DNA of 62,777 nt, filler included, from Rhabdomonas costata (GCA_019059605.1; 24 parts of 24 records of this genome joined end to end with filler, not necessarily neighbours in it); one strand, 5' to 3'; positions 35,406 to 49,802 are shown, counted from the first letter of the whole stretch. The notes: a model not told the origin generated them from the sequence alone. Translations and numbers: made by a program.

Positions 35406-37110
35406 CTGGAACACCAGCAAACGCAAAAATGAATATTCTGTGATGGAATCTGCTCTGGAAGGGGCACCCCGACTCAGATATTGATGTCATCAAAGATAAA
35501 AAGGTAGATTTCAGTTGGCGCCAAGCAATCGAAAAGAGAATGCGGTCCCTGAACCCCCCCGTTAAACGGAACTGATGCGGAGATAACCGCCAACTGGCGC
35601 ACTTTTCGTTCCTGTGCCACCGCGATTATGATCAACCATCATCATCATGATGCCATGATGGCCCTTCCGTCAGCCCCAAAGTCGGCTAACGTTTTGAGCT
35701 GGCTGGTGAATAAGGTTGGTCGGAGTTCCTTTCTCCTCTCTGTCCTGCAGCCATTCCCGGCAAATCCGCCGCCCCGGCCCATCACCGCATACCCATCCGG
35801 AAGTTGGGCCTGTCCTGATGGGCGTCGCGCGTCGAAGTTGAACAGGGGGACGACAGATCCATCGGGCTGCGCAGCCGCAGCCGCGAACTGGTTACCTGAG
35901 AGCACGTAAAGCTTCCCCTCAACGAGAAACCCCCTCTGATTCAATATACAATAACCCGACAATAATAGGATGTATCCAGGAAATACAAAAAATGCAAATA
36001 AGAAAACCCACGCGAAAATCATCAGCGACAAGCATTACCGGAACGGGCGGCAAATTGCCCGACGCAAAAGCAGTGGAAGAATGCAATGATAGTACGATAC
36101 CGGCAATGAAGCCCGTATCCCCCAAAGTACAGTGCCCGGTCTCCTCTCCTTCCACAACGACAACCGCACCACAATATCTGATCAAACTTCCAGAAGGCTC
36201 TAAAACACATTGTGGTACCAAAAGGCCTGGGGATACTTGCAAACTTTCGTGTGCAATAAAAAGGGAACAGCGCTGGGCACTACTGCCGTCGGCATTGTCG
36301 ATCGTAAGATAAAAAGCTATGGCTCAATGCTTCCTCACGCTAAACAGGACAGCTTTCCACTCTCTGTCCGACTTCTCCCTCTGAAAAAAAACAGAGCACG
36401 AGTGAATTGTGAGTTCAAAGCAACACGTCGTTCTTGTGTGAAGAGGTGTGAAGAGGCAGGGTTTCACCAAGGATGGCCTGTGCTCTGAGCAGATGAAACG
36501 GGGAGGTTATGTGAGCCAGAAACTCCGCCGTGCTTTGGAAGCTCACGTTGCACCACAAGCATACCGTACTGGTGGTCATATNNNNNNNNNNNNNNNNNNN
36601 NNNNNNNNNNNNNNNNNNNNNNNNNTTAATTAATTAANNNNNNNNNNNNNNNNNNNNNNNNNNNNNNNNNNNNNNNNNNNNGTGGTTTGTGTCATTGCTA
36701 CATTCGTATCGACACTGGTTTTCCTTGCCTTTCTTCTTCCTGTTTTTTTGTTTGTGCTGACTCTGCTGCTGCTACTGTTTCCACGAGAACTCATCTGTGC
36801 TGTTGTGACTATTGGTCCCTACCTCTTCTGCTGATTCTTATCCCACCCACACACCCCTTCTGTTTGGCATCTTCTCCGTTTCTTCTCCCGTCCACCTTTG
36901 TGTCCGCGTGTAATTTGTTTGTTTTTCGTCTGAACCATTGCACCCCGCTTGTGCGGGCATGCCCTGTTGCCGTGAACTCTCCTGAATTCACTTGGTTCCG
37001 AGGGTTCGCTCCCGTCCATCGTTTGATTCCAAGGCCGCTTCCGTGTGCCTCTAAGCCTACTCATGCTCACGTGTGCATGCCCATGTGATTTCTCTCTTTG
37101 TCTCTCTCAG

Positions 37111-37306
37111 GTAAAAGTCCACCAGCTGCTTTCCCTGTGCGAGGTGATCGGCGGTCGAGTCCTGGCGGACGCGGAAGTTGGCGCTCAGGTAGAATGGATT
37201 TTGGAAGCGGCGGCTTTCTCTGCTAGGGACACTGGACACCATGTTTTCCTTGCCTCAGTGGTTTTCTTTGGACGAAAAGTTACTCCAGCACCTGTCAGCA
37301 GACCAC

Positions 37307-37346
<40 letters not shown>

Positions 37347-37517
37347 CCAGCAAGCACAGAAAAGCAAAGAAATGCAAAACCCCTCAACAGTCCCATTCGT
37401 TTCCTTTTGTCACGTTCGTCCCCGCAGGTCGAGTTTAACTGCGATGTGCTCCCTGTCAACGTGGTGATGGGTCTGGGAGGGGTGCACACCTCCGCGTCCC
37501 CTGCGGTAGTTCTGGAG
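37111..37517 (+). CDS. Two internal exons of an unknown protein (37111-37188, 37428-37517)
   Basis: Pyrimidine tract + CAG acceptors, GT donors, and an in-frame join VKVHQLLSLCEVIGGRVLADAEVGAQ|VEFNCDVLPVNVVMGLGGVHTSASPAVVLE. Confidence 0.5.
37309..37345 (+). repeat. (AC)n microsatellite in an intron
   Basis: About 18 perfect AC units. Confidence 0.95.
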
Positions 37518-38049
37518 GTGCTTCGGATTGCCCCTACCTCGCAACCTGACGAGTGGTATGGCGACCCACCACTGTGCATTGGCAGGTCTATTTTTGTGAA
37601 TTTTGCATAACCGTCGACACCCATCAGTCGCCTTCGGATATGCACAACCGATGGCCAGCTGATGAGGTAGAATTATGCTGTCTGCGCCATCGCTGGTTGG
37701 GTATGCCAGCCGTTCGCAACTGGCGCCTACTCTATTCGCAGCTGAGAATTTCGTTAGGGGCCAATATTCACATGCCCAAGGATGTCGCGGCTGGAGTCCC
37801 CGCCAGTTTTGGCTAGCAGTTTTCACCCTGCATTGCACGCGCACACTGCCGGGAACCTTGCCTTGCCCTCGGGACAGAATCATATTCTGTTGTAGAGGGC
37901 CGGAAAGGGCGCCTTGGCCTTTGCCACGGACGGTCCATCATGTGCGTGCGGCTGGACCCTAAGGAATGCCTGGCAAGAGGAATGCCCACCTTCCTCGCGG
38001 AAAGGACCCCTCTCCATCGTTCCTACTCCCTTCAGCACTGGATCTCTTC

Positions 38050-38365
38050 TTGGGCTCAGATTTGTCTAGTCGCCAGATGACTTCCTGCGTTCAGACCAGA
38101 AGATCTAAAGTTACTGGACCATACTACCTACTGGCAGTGCCCAGTCTCTGGCCTATAATGGACGCCCATTTCCAAGGCCCTGGCGATGCGCATTTTGCAC
38201 CTCTTCAGACCTCCTTACGGAGCCCAAGCCTTCGGTCGGGGCTATTTAACATACATACCATGGGAAGAACCCAGGAGTACTTCATGATGAGCACATCAGT
38301 AGCAAGTCCTTAAATTTATGGTTCGTGGTCGCCCCTCGCAAAGCCATTTTCGGGCCTTTTATTGG
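38050..38365 (+). mobile_element. Possible decayed tyrosine recombinase (DIRS/Crypton-like) relic
   Basis: ICLVAR*LPAFRPEDLKLL, WQCPV, YGAQAFGRGYLTY and YGSWSP/..HFRAFY occur in tyrosine recombinase motif order, but with stops and short spacing. Confidence 0.3.
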
Positions 38366-41300
38366 CTCAATGTGCTATATTGGTCTTGTTTGGCCTGTCG
38401 AAACGAGAGGGCAGTCACACTACATGGCACAACACCAGTGCCAGAAACTCTATTTTCGTGTGCAAAGAACCCCTTCCCCCCCCCCCTCTTTCGGGAGGTC
38501 TTTGGGAAGGGGCTGCAAATGAAGAATACAGATCGCACTCTTAATTGAAGGGCACATCCCTCCCACCTCACCCCGATTACAGGGCTTCTTATCTCGTAAC
38601 AGGTGTCTTTGTGCTTGACCTTTCCCGTTGCCTGTGCTGTGTGTAAGGGCTTCTCTTCACATCCATGCCATGGGTGTCAGGATCGGGGCCAAAGCTGTAA
38701 GCCAAAAACCAGAGGAAGCACTGAACTGGCAACCGGATACAAATCCATATTTGGTTCTTTCTCCATGTTTCTCCTGCGTGCATGCCGCGGTTTTTCTTGA
38801 CACGGCGTTTTCGAGTGGCGCTGGCGCTTATGGAAAGGGGTACAAGTCATAGCATACACCAGCACACCCTCACGCAACATCAGAGAGTGGGAGTGTGTGA
38901 GAGAGATCAGATTTGATACCCATCTGCGCCCATCTCGCCTCTGCGGAGCCGAGGCCTGGGTTTTTTTTGCTCATTGTTTATTTTCGCGCAGGTTTGGGAT
39001 CAGGGTTACTTTTGATATGTCAGTTGTGAGGTGTGCTCTTTGTGAAATTCGGAAGAGAGGGAGTGGGGGGGGCTCTTGAGACCTTACATGTTGTAAAAAG
39101 CCCTGCCCCCGGAAGCAAGTGCACACTGATGGGAGCCTCGCGATCCCCCCACCTCCCACCCCGCTGCACATGGCTGCACATGGGGACCCGCATGATCTCC
39201 TTTCTCCATCCCCGACCTCTCNNNNNNNNNNNNNNNNNNNNNNNNNNNNNNNNNNNNNNNNNNNNTTAATTAATTAANNNNNNNNNNNNNNNNNNNNNNN
39301 NNNNNNNNNNNNNNNNNNNNNTGGTGTGTTTCCGTACCGAAACCCTTCTACACATTGCAAATTCAGGTTTGGTTTATTAACCCCTGCAATGTTTTAACGA
39401 CAACGGCAGCGGCAACGATTGAAGGCCTATACGGGGCGCAGGGCGCCGTTGCAAAATAACAAAACAGATGTCGGGGACCCAATCAAAAGACCCCAATATC
39501 TATGACATGATAGGGGCCTGAGGGTCGTCCTCAACAACCTGATCTGCATTTTAGGTGGCTCCTGTAGGGCTCCTATCAGTTAATTGGACCGGGTCGCTCC
39601 TATTGTCGATTTAGGTCAGGGGTCGGATGCGGGCGTGGTTCGAGTCCTCGCATCACCCAGCGGTGAATCTCCCTGTACTGAGGGTGGCAATATCGACTGT
39701 TTTTTGTCACGGTGCCCCACGGCATCGTAGCTGTATATATATGGCTGAAAGACGTTTCATGACGTTTCATTCAGTTAAATCGCAGTGCTCGGCTTTCAAA
39801 GTCAAAGCTACCACAATTTCTTCGGGATCCCTCTGCGTGGATGCTTGACAGGTGAGTAAAGGGAGATGTTTGACCACGTGCACGTATACATTGGGGTTAA
39901 TCTCCCCCCCCCTCCTACGGGTTTCGGTCCTTCCTCACGGGAACCTGAGTGCCCTCGTCAAAATGTGCTTCCTGTGTGCTGCTGCTGTGAGCTGTGTAAG
40001 CAATCGCCCTGGTGTATTCGTCGGGGAGAGAGAGGTTGTCTGCACCTCTCTCTTCTCCCCAGGGAAGCGGAAAGCATATTCGCTTTGTGCTGCTCATGTT
40101 GATGCGCGCCCCCTCTTACCACTGCACACGGGTTCCTTTCTGTTGTGCCTCCCTCGGAGGTAGAAGGTCCTCAATGGGTAAAATTCCTCCATGCCCTGCT
40201 TGTAGGCAGGTCAGCTGGATTATGACCCGATGATGAGCGATGCTTCTTTTTCATATTCTCATCCTTCCTTTACCTTTCCTGCCTCCGCCCTCCCAGGCAT
40301 TATATGGATCTCTCGTGGTCCCATCCGCCAACAGTTCATGCCACGAAAGATCATCTGCCGCCATGCTTTGAAGTGTTCCCCCGATCCCCTTATGTTTTTG
40401 CCTCCGATGAAGGGGTTGTACTTCTGAGAGGCGCTCCGGCGCCGTGTGTTATGTCACCATTATTGTGTTGTGATCAATCTGATTTGCTTTGATCTGGGCC
40501 ACACGTCAACATGCCTGCTGGTAATACTGAGGGTTTTTGGCGATTCCTCGCCTGGCGGCTACCCGCAGCGTATCAAGTCAAAACGCAAATGCTTGCATGG
40601 AATTGAAGTTTAAACCTCCGGTGCTTGAATCGAGAAAGAAACTTTGGAACTTCCGTCCTTCGTCTGATAGTTGCACACCGCTCATGGCCACATCCTTCAA
40701 TGAAGCATCAGAAGAAATGTATCCCACCTTTCCAATGTGTCATCGGCATCTTTCCAATTTCCTAAAAATATACCACCAAACAAAAAGGCTAGACACCTGG
40801 AATCCGAACCCAAATCCGACCACCGAACCTTGGGCGGGTGGGGATCCCATCGTATACCCTTTCACGACCCCTGAAAAGGTATGGTTTCTGGAGATCTGCC
40901 CTGTCTTGTGAAAGCAAAGTTGAGAGCAAGCAGAGAGTTGTTGGCCTTCTTTTGCAGAAAGGCGTTCAAATTGCCCTTTATCACCTTTTGCTGTGCTCTA
41001 TTTCTTTCACACGTTGTCCGCTTTCTGCTTTTTCGTGGGCAATGGTGCTGGACGGGTTGTCAGCACTAATGCCCTTCCTGGAGGGCCAACTCCTGAGACC
41101 TCTCACTCAGGAGGAGAGGACTCTGCTGTGCGCACTCTCGCCAGAAGGGGTGGCGAAGATTAACGTGGACCTGGGCCGAGGTGAGGACAACCCTTCTCCC
41201 CCTATTGATGTGGCAGTAGTCTGTTTGGTCACCGAAAAGGGCCGCAGCTTCATCATTATCAAGAATTTCAAGCGATGACCATTCTGGTCTTTTCTTTATT

Positions 41301-41419
41301 TCCCTTGTGTATCACTTTCGTGGCGTCTTCTCTCAAGATTTCAGTGCCTCTTCATTTTGTTTCACCTCTGGGCCTTCTTTTTAAGTAACTGTGGAGTGTG
41401 AGGCTCACAATAAAAAGGT

Positions 41420-41830
41420 GTGGACATTGCGAAGACTCTGGAGCAGCTTTGGACTGCCCACGGGCACCTGCAACAAAGACGAGCCAGTTTGGAGGCCCAG
41501 CTGTGTCCTAGGAGGAGGTCGGTGGTGGGGCTGCTGGCGAGGCCCCCGACGACGGACGAGCTGGCTCTTCTGGTGGAGAACCCCGTGGAGGAAGTCATGG
41601 AGAAGCTGCACGCCCGCGCTGCAGAGGTTTTGCCTGCTTTTCACTTGTCAATGAAGATAATCCAGGCTTCCCTAGAGCAAGTGTTTTGTTCGAGATGGAC
41701 GCTCAACGCTCCCCACTCTCACATCTCTCCGAGTGGTCTGAGCGTGAGGAAAGGGTGCTCCGCCCCGCAGACATCGAGGAATCCCGCTCAAACACATTCA
41801 TAACTGGGGGTTATTACATTTGGGAACGAG
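41420..41830 (+). pseudogene. Coiled-coil plus possible SPRY-like fragment, frameshifted
   Basis: Coiled-coil-like TLEQLWTAHGHLQQRRASLEAQL, then WTLNAPHSHISPSGLSVRK and, in another frame, SNTFITGGYYIWE. Confidence 0.25.
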
Positions 41831-42129
41831 ACCACAAAACNNNNNNNNNNNNNNNNNNNNNNNNNNNNNNNNNNNNNNNNNNNNTTAATTAATTAANNNN
41901 NNNNNNNNNNNNNNNNNNNNNNNNNNNNNNNNNNNNNNNNGTGTTTGTGTACACGGCAAAGTTTGCTTTGGCTTCCCCTCCGGGCTTCGCTTACGTGGTT
42001 TTTAGCTGTGTGTGTGGATGTATGGAGCGCATAGGGAAGCCCCCTAGAATCGCGGTGGAATAAACCATTGAGGTTTTCCAGGAACCATTGTGTTTCACTT
42101 TCATATAGCTCCGTCGCAGATTCGGTGGG

Positions 42130-42420
42130 GTGGATCGTCGTGCGTTCAGAGCATTAGATAGGCGTCTACGAGACGTGGGCTGTTTCCCTCTTTCTGGAAT
42201 CCCGAGGATTGCAGGAACCTCAGTTATTAGTTCAGTTGTTTCTGTACATTGCGCCTTAAATTGGCAGCTATATTGGAAATTTGAGAAAGCTCCATGGCAG
42301 ACACAACCCAAGGGGAGGGAACTCATGGGTACCTGTGAGGGGTGCGATGGGGTAGTTGGGCTGGATCGGAAGGCCCTCTGTAAACCACCTGTGGAAGGCA
42401 CTGTTTTTCTTCTCTGCCGG
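42130..42420 (-). mobile_element. Possible degenerate LINE RT fragment
   Basis: GGLQRAF (like DLxKAFD), GAMYRN and LGIPERG...LSNAL (like GIPQG..SP.L.N) appear in order across frames. Confidence 0.3.
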
Positions 42421-42600
42421 GTGATCCTTAATCGTTGAATGTATGAACAGCCATCGGAAAAGGTGGGAGCCCCGACCTTTTGCACGTCCTTGCTCAGGTG
42501 CTGCAATTGCCGCACGCCTGTCATACATATTAGTGCTCCATCCTATTTTTGTTGACCGCAAGCAAACTCCCTCAAACTCGCTTTGCGCGGTTTTTCGCAG

Positions 42601-42684
42601 ACGATGCTGGTGTGGATGTGCAACAATATCAACGCGGCGTACGCACAGCAGCGGAACCCCTTGGGGCAGCAGAGGCAGGCCGAG
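42601..42684 (+). CDS. Isolated internal exon of an unknown protein
   Basis: ttttcgcag|ACGATG...GCCGAG|gtgagg; GC-rich and open in two frames. Confidence 0.4.
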
Positions 42685-45499
42685 GTGAGGCAGCTGGTGA
42701 GCCTCGTCGGGATATTTCAAAAGCTTGCGTGGGAACCTGCCCTGCGGAACTCTAGACCTGCTTAGCGCGCCTCGAACCGCGGTGGCCTGCATTGGTGTTT
42801 TTGGGATGTGGGTTGGAATCATACAGGGGGGGAGGCGTGATTATTTCAGCGATGAACTGCGCTTTGGTTTGAAGCACAGGAAATAGTAAGTTCATCGGCT
42901 TTGTAAATAATTAGTGGTTCCCAGAAGCCACCTCCGGCTTCATGGTTTTCCCTCGAATATTGCCGACTCCTCCACAATAGCATGCGGCAATATTCGAGGG
43001 AAAACCATGAAGCCTGAGGAGTCTTCAAAAGTCTGTGGACCACGTTTAAAGAACGGATGCCTCAATTCCACACCGGTTGCACCATCAGGTCTCTGTCTTC
43101 CTTGTGCTCTGGTTTCTTCCTCTTTCTTTTTTCACTGTTTCCTCAGCACTGCAACCAGTCCTTCACAAATGGTACACTTTCTGCCATTGAAATCAGCGTA
43201 ATTAATATTCCCAATGCCTCTGGGTTCCCGCCTTGACCGTGTAAAAATGATTTTTTAAAATTGCTTTAACTTTGTTTGTTTCTGCCTGAACTTTCCTGTT
43301 GCTGTCGGTCTGGGGCAAAAAATTGCACAGCAACCACACGAACATTCGAGATGCCAGCAAAGAAAAAGACAATGGCGCCGTTGCCGTTGCATGGTGAATG
43401 CGTCATTTGCGCTGGGAAAAATGTTACAAGAGCAGGAAGCCCGTTCCGTCTTTCGTTTTTAGTTTCTGGCAAAATAACTTGGGGGACGACGGTCGTTGAG
43501 ATCGAATCAAAGCGCTGGATTGGGGCGATGCCTTTAAAACGCTACAAAAAAATTCTGCTCGTCCCGTTCGTGGTCTTCGGTATGATCCGCGGTGTCACGC
43601 TCATTCTGCGCAGCGTCGAATGGGAGCACGGCGTTGGCCAGTCGCCGCGCTTTGCTGCCTAACTGTTGTTTTTTTATTGCGTCTCAGCCACCTCTTTGCA
43701 AACACGGTTTTTCTTTCCTGCACCCTCCCATTCTTTACGTCGCGGCCTTTTTTTGTAAGAATTTGAAAAGCTTTCCCATCCTGGCGGGTGCCCTGTCTGA
43801 CCCCACGTTCCCGCGCCAGCCGTCGGGGCCAGCTCCACCACCAGGGGAACAGACACGAAGCGGAGGGAACGGCCCCGCACCAATGCACGCCGAAAGGGCG
43901 ACCTTTTACAGCATCCACAAATGTAATCACCCTTCCGTCAGAACGGATTTAAAAAACAGTCCAGCACGTTTTCCCGCTGCCGGATATTATTCGTATTAAA
44001 GCCCGGCATGGGGACAAAAATGGATGATTGTGAAAGCGCCCTTGGGTCAATGTTGCCCTTCGCCAAACTGGCTTTGGGGGGCATGTGCCTTTTACTGTTT
44101 GTGGAACACCAAAACGTATTGCTTGGGTAGGAGGTTTCCGGGTGCGGGTTCCTTGCCATTGCTCAACTGCGCCGGCCGGCATTCGAAAAACGCCATTCGA
44201 CGGTTTCCCGCAATAAGGCGGGACATGAAAAACCAAACTGGATCCTTGCCGGAAGAACAAAAACAAGCATTAACCACACGAGGACGGCAAGGCCATTGAG
44301 CTTTACGCCTTAGGTCGTGTGGTGATCATCTTTTATTTTATATTATGTATTTTGATCGGAAATTACATGCCTTACCCACCGCCAAAGGAAGCATTAAAAG
44401 CAAATTAAATAAAGCATGCAACACCCCAAAAAGCAAGATAATACCAACCCACNNNNNNNNNNNNNNNNNNNNNNNNNNNNNNNNNNNNNNNNNNNNTTAA
44501 TTAATTAANNNNNNNNNNNNNNNNNNNNNNNNNNNNNNNNNNNNNNNNNNNNGTGGGGGGGTGGAGCGCCCGTGGCGCCTGCGCCACGAAGCACGTCGCC
44601 GCGGGCGCCGGGCTGACGTGCACCACAACCGACACCCCGGTGCCTCGGCCTGCTCGGGGAACCCTCTCAGAGGGAGCAGAGCGGCGGTGCAGCGCGGGTA
44701 CGGAGTGAGAGGAGATGGAGGGAGCGAAGCCCTCTCCCCACAGCGGGGAGGCCACGCAGCGGCCGTGAGAAGCGGTGGAAATGGCCGTGGATAAGGTCGC
44801 CATTTGAGGTGAAAGGCAGCGCTGACGAACGGGTTGTGGGATTTTGAGGGCACCGCGAGAGAAGGAAGAGGGCAGACCAGCAGTGGGAGGAGAATATGTG
44901 AACTGCAGGCAAGGCCGAGAAAGACTCAAAAGTGGTATAAAAAGTTGCCGGTGATTTGGTGGATGGCCAAATGTGCAGGAGCCGAGCTGCAGATACATTC
45001 TTGTCAGTGCCTGGGAAGGGCGGAGATGGGTGAAAAACAGACTCTCTTGGATTTCGGATTCGGCTGAGACCCACGAGAACGATGTTTCAGGACAGGAACA
45101 ATGCGGGAGCGCCAAGCTTCACCAGCCGACACAGCACATCCCCAATGGAAGGGAACAGCAGGTACAGCAACAGTGGGGTCGGAAAACCAACCTCCTACGC
45201 CAGGGGGGCAATACACGAGGGGCACATAGGAGCTGAGCGCTCACCTTAACCCTAGAAAACGAGGAAAGGAAGGACGAAAGGGCGAGAGATTGGCGCGCTT
45301 CCGACCAACCCTCACACACTCAACCGCAAAAGCTACCCACCACCACCACCTCTCTCCTCTTATACTGTATGATACAGCCAAATTTCCAGTCTTCCAGTAA
45401 CCAGTGGGAACCGGAGTGGGGGGCACAGCTTTGCGGTGTGCAGGGGGTGGGAAAGCACGGGAAACTTCACAAGACACACAGAGAAGTGCTCCTTTGTTC

Positions 45500-46827
45500 T
45501 CAGAACAGCCCAGGGTGCAGCAGCCGGGGCGGGGCCAAGGACCCCATCCCCTGCAGCTCGCAAAAGTTTGAGTTCATCCAGGCGTACCACCGCATGTACA
45601 CCCACATGTTGAAGCAGAACCCTGTGGGGATGCACGTGATGACGTACAGCTGCCACAGCGCCCGGCCCTCGAAGTAGTTGTCCAGGTACATCCCAATCGC
45701 TGGAAGGGTATAGCAAAATTGGAAGTAGAGGGCGACACTCGTCCACATGATATAAGACCGTGGAACACGCATATTAAGGGTTGCCCTATTTTTACGTTTA
45801 ACAATTTTTCGGGAAAAAAAATACGCACGTTTTTGACTTTGATGTTTATCCCATGTTAGCAAAGAAAAAAGATGGCAAGCAAAAACGAAAAAGCGAGGGG
45901 AAACAAAAAACAAAATGAGGCACAGAAAAAAGTTCTGCCGCGTCCAATAGTCAAAGTAACAAGATAAATCCTTGCAGGCTCCAGCGTGCAGGGAACATGG
46001 GAACATGGGATCTTACGCTTCTTTTGCGCTTTTTTTGGGTGCAACATAAACAACACACTGACAGCAACAATGTCCAGGGAATCGTTCAACTGAGGAGGCA
46101 AGCATGCAGGAAAAAAAGGGGGATAAGTTCGGGAGGGAGAGGGAGGAAAAAGTATATCCAGGACGTTTTCCTCTTTCTTTCTTTCTTTCTTTCTTTCTTT
46201 TGCGATCGCAAACCAAACCTGCATGTTTTCCTGCCACAAAGGGTTTCGCGATGTCTTGCTGAACATATAAAAGACCGCTTCTGGTTGCTTACTGAATGAT
46301 CCGCGTGAGCTGAAGCTTCACAACAAGATATGCCGGATCGCTGCAATCGCCTATGCCCCACATGACAATAACTCTCTCCTTCTGAAAGGCAGGCATTTGA
46401 ACCATTGCTGTATGGCTCACTACCACCATATTTTCCTTTATGTTGTAAAATTGTGGCGTTAGGGTTACGGTTGGCGAGATTGCGCTTCGTTAGATAACCA
46501 CGGCTACTTCCGAAGTGCGAGTTTGTGCAGCAACGCGGTCGACTTTTCGAATTAAAGAGAATGGAAAGAAGTTGGCTCAGCGGCTACCAGGCAAAAAAAA
46601 TTTCATCAAGAGCAGCGAAAGAATCGGATCGGCAAATAATTGCACCCACGCCACCGTTGATCCCTTCTCATCACTTTTACGTCTCTTCATTTGCTTTCGG
46701 GGCAGCAAGAGGCAGTGATACCCATGAACACCATAGTAATGGTGTACGGAGTGACGATCCGCAGGTACGTTGCGTAGACGAACTCGTGCGCCACCGCAGA
46801 GATTCCCAGGGCCCAGCCCACAGCCAG
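45500..46827 (-). CDS. MBOAT family sterol O-acyltransferase/DGAT1-like protein, C-terminal exons (46827-46722 and ~45760-45500)
   Basis: GISAVAHEFVYA carries the catalytic-His motif SAxxHE. The terminal exon LWQLYVITCIPTG..WVYMRWYAW..C resembles the SOAT W...G...Y..WYA..C tail. The internal junction is unresolved. Confidence 0.75.
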
Positions 46828-49802
46828 CTACCGTCTTCCCGCTGAAATCCCCCCCTCCCAAAGAATTAGCAAGCAGGGGAAACGCGACAGCGACAGGGAG
46901 GGTGTCAAGCTTTGCTCACACACAATCGCGTCCCCCCACCCTCCTTGCGATGTGGGCACACACACGCGCGCGCGCTCGGTCTTTCATTGTGCTGACCACT
47001 TTCAGAGCTCCATACCGGGTGATGGCAAAAAAGGTAACTGGTGCTTCGCACGTACCCCGTCCCTCCCCAACNNNNNNNNNNNNNNNNNNNNNNNNNNNNN
47101 NNNNNNNNNNNNNNNTTAATTAATTAANNNNNNNNNNNNNNNNNNNNNNNNNNNNNNNNNNNNNNNNNNNNTTGGGGTTTGAAGAATCAAAAAGAGCTTT
47201 GGAAGTGTTTTGTGGCTTTAACTGACGTGTTGGAGTAAGAAGTTGATAATTGAGTGACGCAATGGGCTGAAGTGTGGTGCGTTTAAAATCTTCTTTGTTT
47301 GTTTGGTAGTTTTGGTTGTAGTGGTTGATTTCATGTAGCGCCAGCGGTTTTTGTGACTGTTTGGTTGGTGGAGCTGTGTATCGTTAGTCCTGCGGTGTTT
47401 TGCTAGACTTTGCCTTGATTCGTACTTTTTGGCTGTTGTTGTGCTCACATTGCTTCTAGTATCAGTGGAGGAGTCTACCGCGACAACTGTCTAGGTTGAT
47501 TGCTCTTCTCGCTCGCTCTTTTTGTCAACATCAGCGGTTGATGTCATTCACACAGCAGTAAACATTACGTGCATCAGCTGTGCTTTCTTCTCGACTGACC
47601 ACCTGAACGCATTGCTATCCGTGCGAATGAGGCCTCTGTGACAATGGTACACTGGCTTTTCAACCACTTGCCTCGTTGCGACAGAATTTCACGGATCCAA
47701 CGGCTCGGTTTTTGGGGTTACTGCACCAAACGGAGCTCAGTCAATCTCCACTGCGACTCTTCTTCCGTCTCGACAGCACCGTGGATCATGTTCAAGCGTA
47801 TGGAGCGTCTTTGACAATGTGCGGCCTGGTATTTCACCTATGTCTCGCCAGAGCGGCATGGTGCGAGGATCTGTGGGCGCTTACTTGAACAGCTCGGACT
47901 TCCTGATCCTCCTAGATGCTTATCAGCTCATCCGGAGAGGAGACAGATCTATCTCCATCTGGGCCACAGGCTGTTTCACTACAACTGAAACGGCTTCACT
48001 GGTGTGAAACAAAGTCAGCCGGCACAGCATCTCAGAGACATTTACATGAGAGGAAGCTTGCGGCTGCTGGTCATCTTTCATTGGTTTGACAGTGGACACA
48101 CACAAACAAACAAAAACAACAACAAACTATCCTCCCACAGAAAAGTGGTCGATCACGCGCTGCGCCAGCAGCTGGGAGTCCACAACAACAGACGTGACGG
48201 TTACCATGGATGGAGAGATGGCAAATTTTCAGAACTCAAGTAATACATTGCGCTGCTCAAAGCACACGCACACAAGCACACACACCTATTTCGAAAGCCA
48301 AAGAATAAAAATACCAACTTTTTCTTGCATCAATTTTTACCTCTGAATCGAAAAAAGCCCTAAAAAGAAACAAAAATGGTGTTTACAATATACACTCTGT
48401 GTGGTGACGTTACGCACATGAAGTGCAAAGATAATGCGCAACACCACCACAACTATCAAAAATGCTCCGCATTAGAGTTGGGGTAAAGGTTAGCAATCTG
48501 CCTTCATCAGGTGATGCGTTTTTGGCTTCTTTTTTACGCTTCTGTTGCTTCTGCTGCTGCTGCTTCATTTTCTAAGCCATCAAATGTCGTGGGGTGGGCA
48601 TACTTGGATAAACATGAATACTTCTTTGTGCTACTTTGCACGATGTTTCCATCCACGCCTAGTTGAAAACTTAATTGATATAAAACTTTAAACTTTTTTC
48701 TAAGAACTCAACTTTGTGCTTTAGTGAAAGGCAGATGCCATGGATGTGTTTGCAGCAAAATGCAGATGCCTCACGTATGAAAAATAGTTTAATGTGAGGT
48801 AAATTGAACGGCAGATTTCACAACATAAATACTAGCATATTGCACAACATGAAGTGGAAAGCCATCGCAATATTGTGATTCCATATTAATCCACCAGAAG
48901 AACCTTGGTATTTCAGATTACGTCGTAATTGTTTGGGCTTTACCCATGAGATAATAATGCAATGCCGCAGCTTAAGAGGACAACGGTACAAAAAGTGACA
49001 CTGTCCTGCAACTGGCAAATCATGGTACTGAGAAATATTCTCCCTGGATATGACTTTTGGCACTATGACGAGTTCGAGCGAAAGCGTTCAACCGCACGTA
49101 CAAGGAGCGCAACAGCTACAGCGTACACAGACTGAAGAGTGGATATCGCAAGAGAACTGCAAAGCGTCGTTCTTTGCACCACTCATCTCGTGATGCGTTC
49201 TGAGGAGTTCTAAAAACACTGGTGACTCGTGCGGTTGTCTTTTTTTTTGAGCTATCCGGTATCAGGTAAGGCACATCACAAAGCCGTGCAAAGGGTTCCC
49301 CTTCCAGCGCAGAGCTCACAAATGTGTACTGCTAGGAGTCTAAATCAGCAGCCCATAAAAATCCCCCCGCGGAAGCCCGAGAAAACTGCAGCCACCCAAG
49401 TTGCGTTCACGTCCCACCACGTCCATCTGTTCCGCCGCGGCCGAGTGCGCTCCGTGGAGCTCTACAGTTTTCTCAAGGGCACGCAGCAATGGCGTCAGCA
49501 GCAGCGCAAACAAACCCGAAGAAGAGATATAAGAAAGTAAGGGCAACAACTCCAGCCCGCGCCTCAGCACCAGCCCTTGGCGTTGCAAAGAAGTCGCAGC
49601 CAACTAAAGGAGTTGTAAGTCCAGCAGCGTCCCTTCAGAATCTGCCAATTTTAACCAATGCCATGTCACCCTCGGAGCCACCACAAACAANNNNNNNNNN
49701 NNNNNNNNNNNNNNNNNNNNNNNNNNNNNNNNNNTTAATTAATTAANNNNNNNNNNNNNNNNNNNNNNNNNNNNNNNNNNNNNNNNNNNNTGCCGTGCCC
49801 TG

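Noticed and set aside
39640-39680. tRNA or tRNA-derived SINE around GGTTCGAGTCC
   Set aside because: A B-box-like motif is present, but there is no cloverleaf or properly spaced A box.
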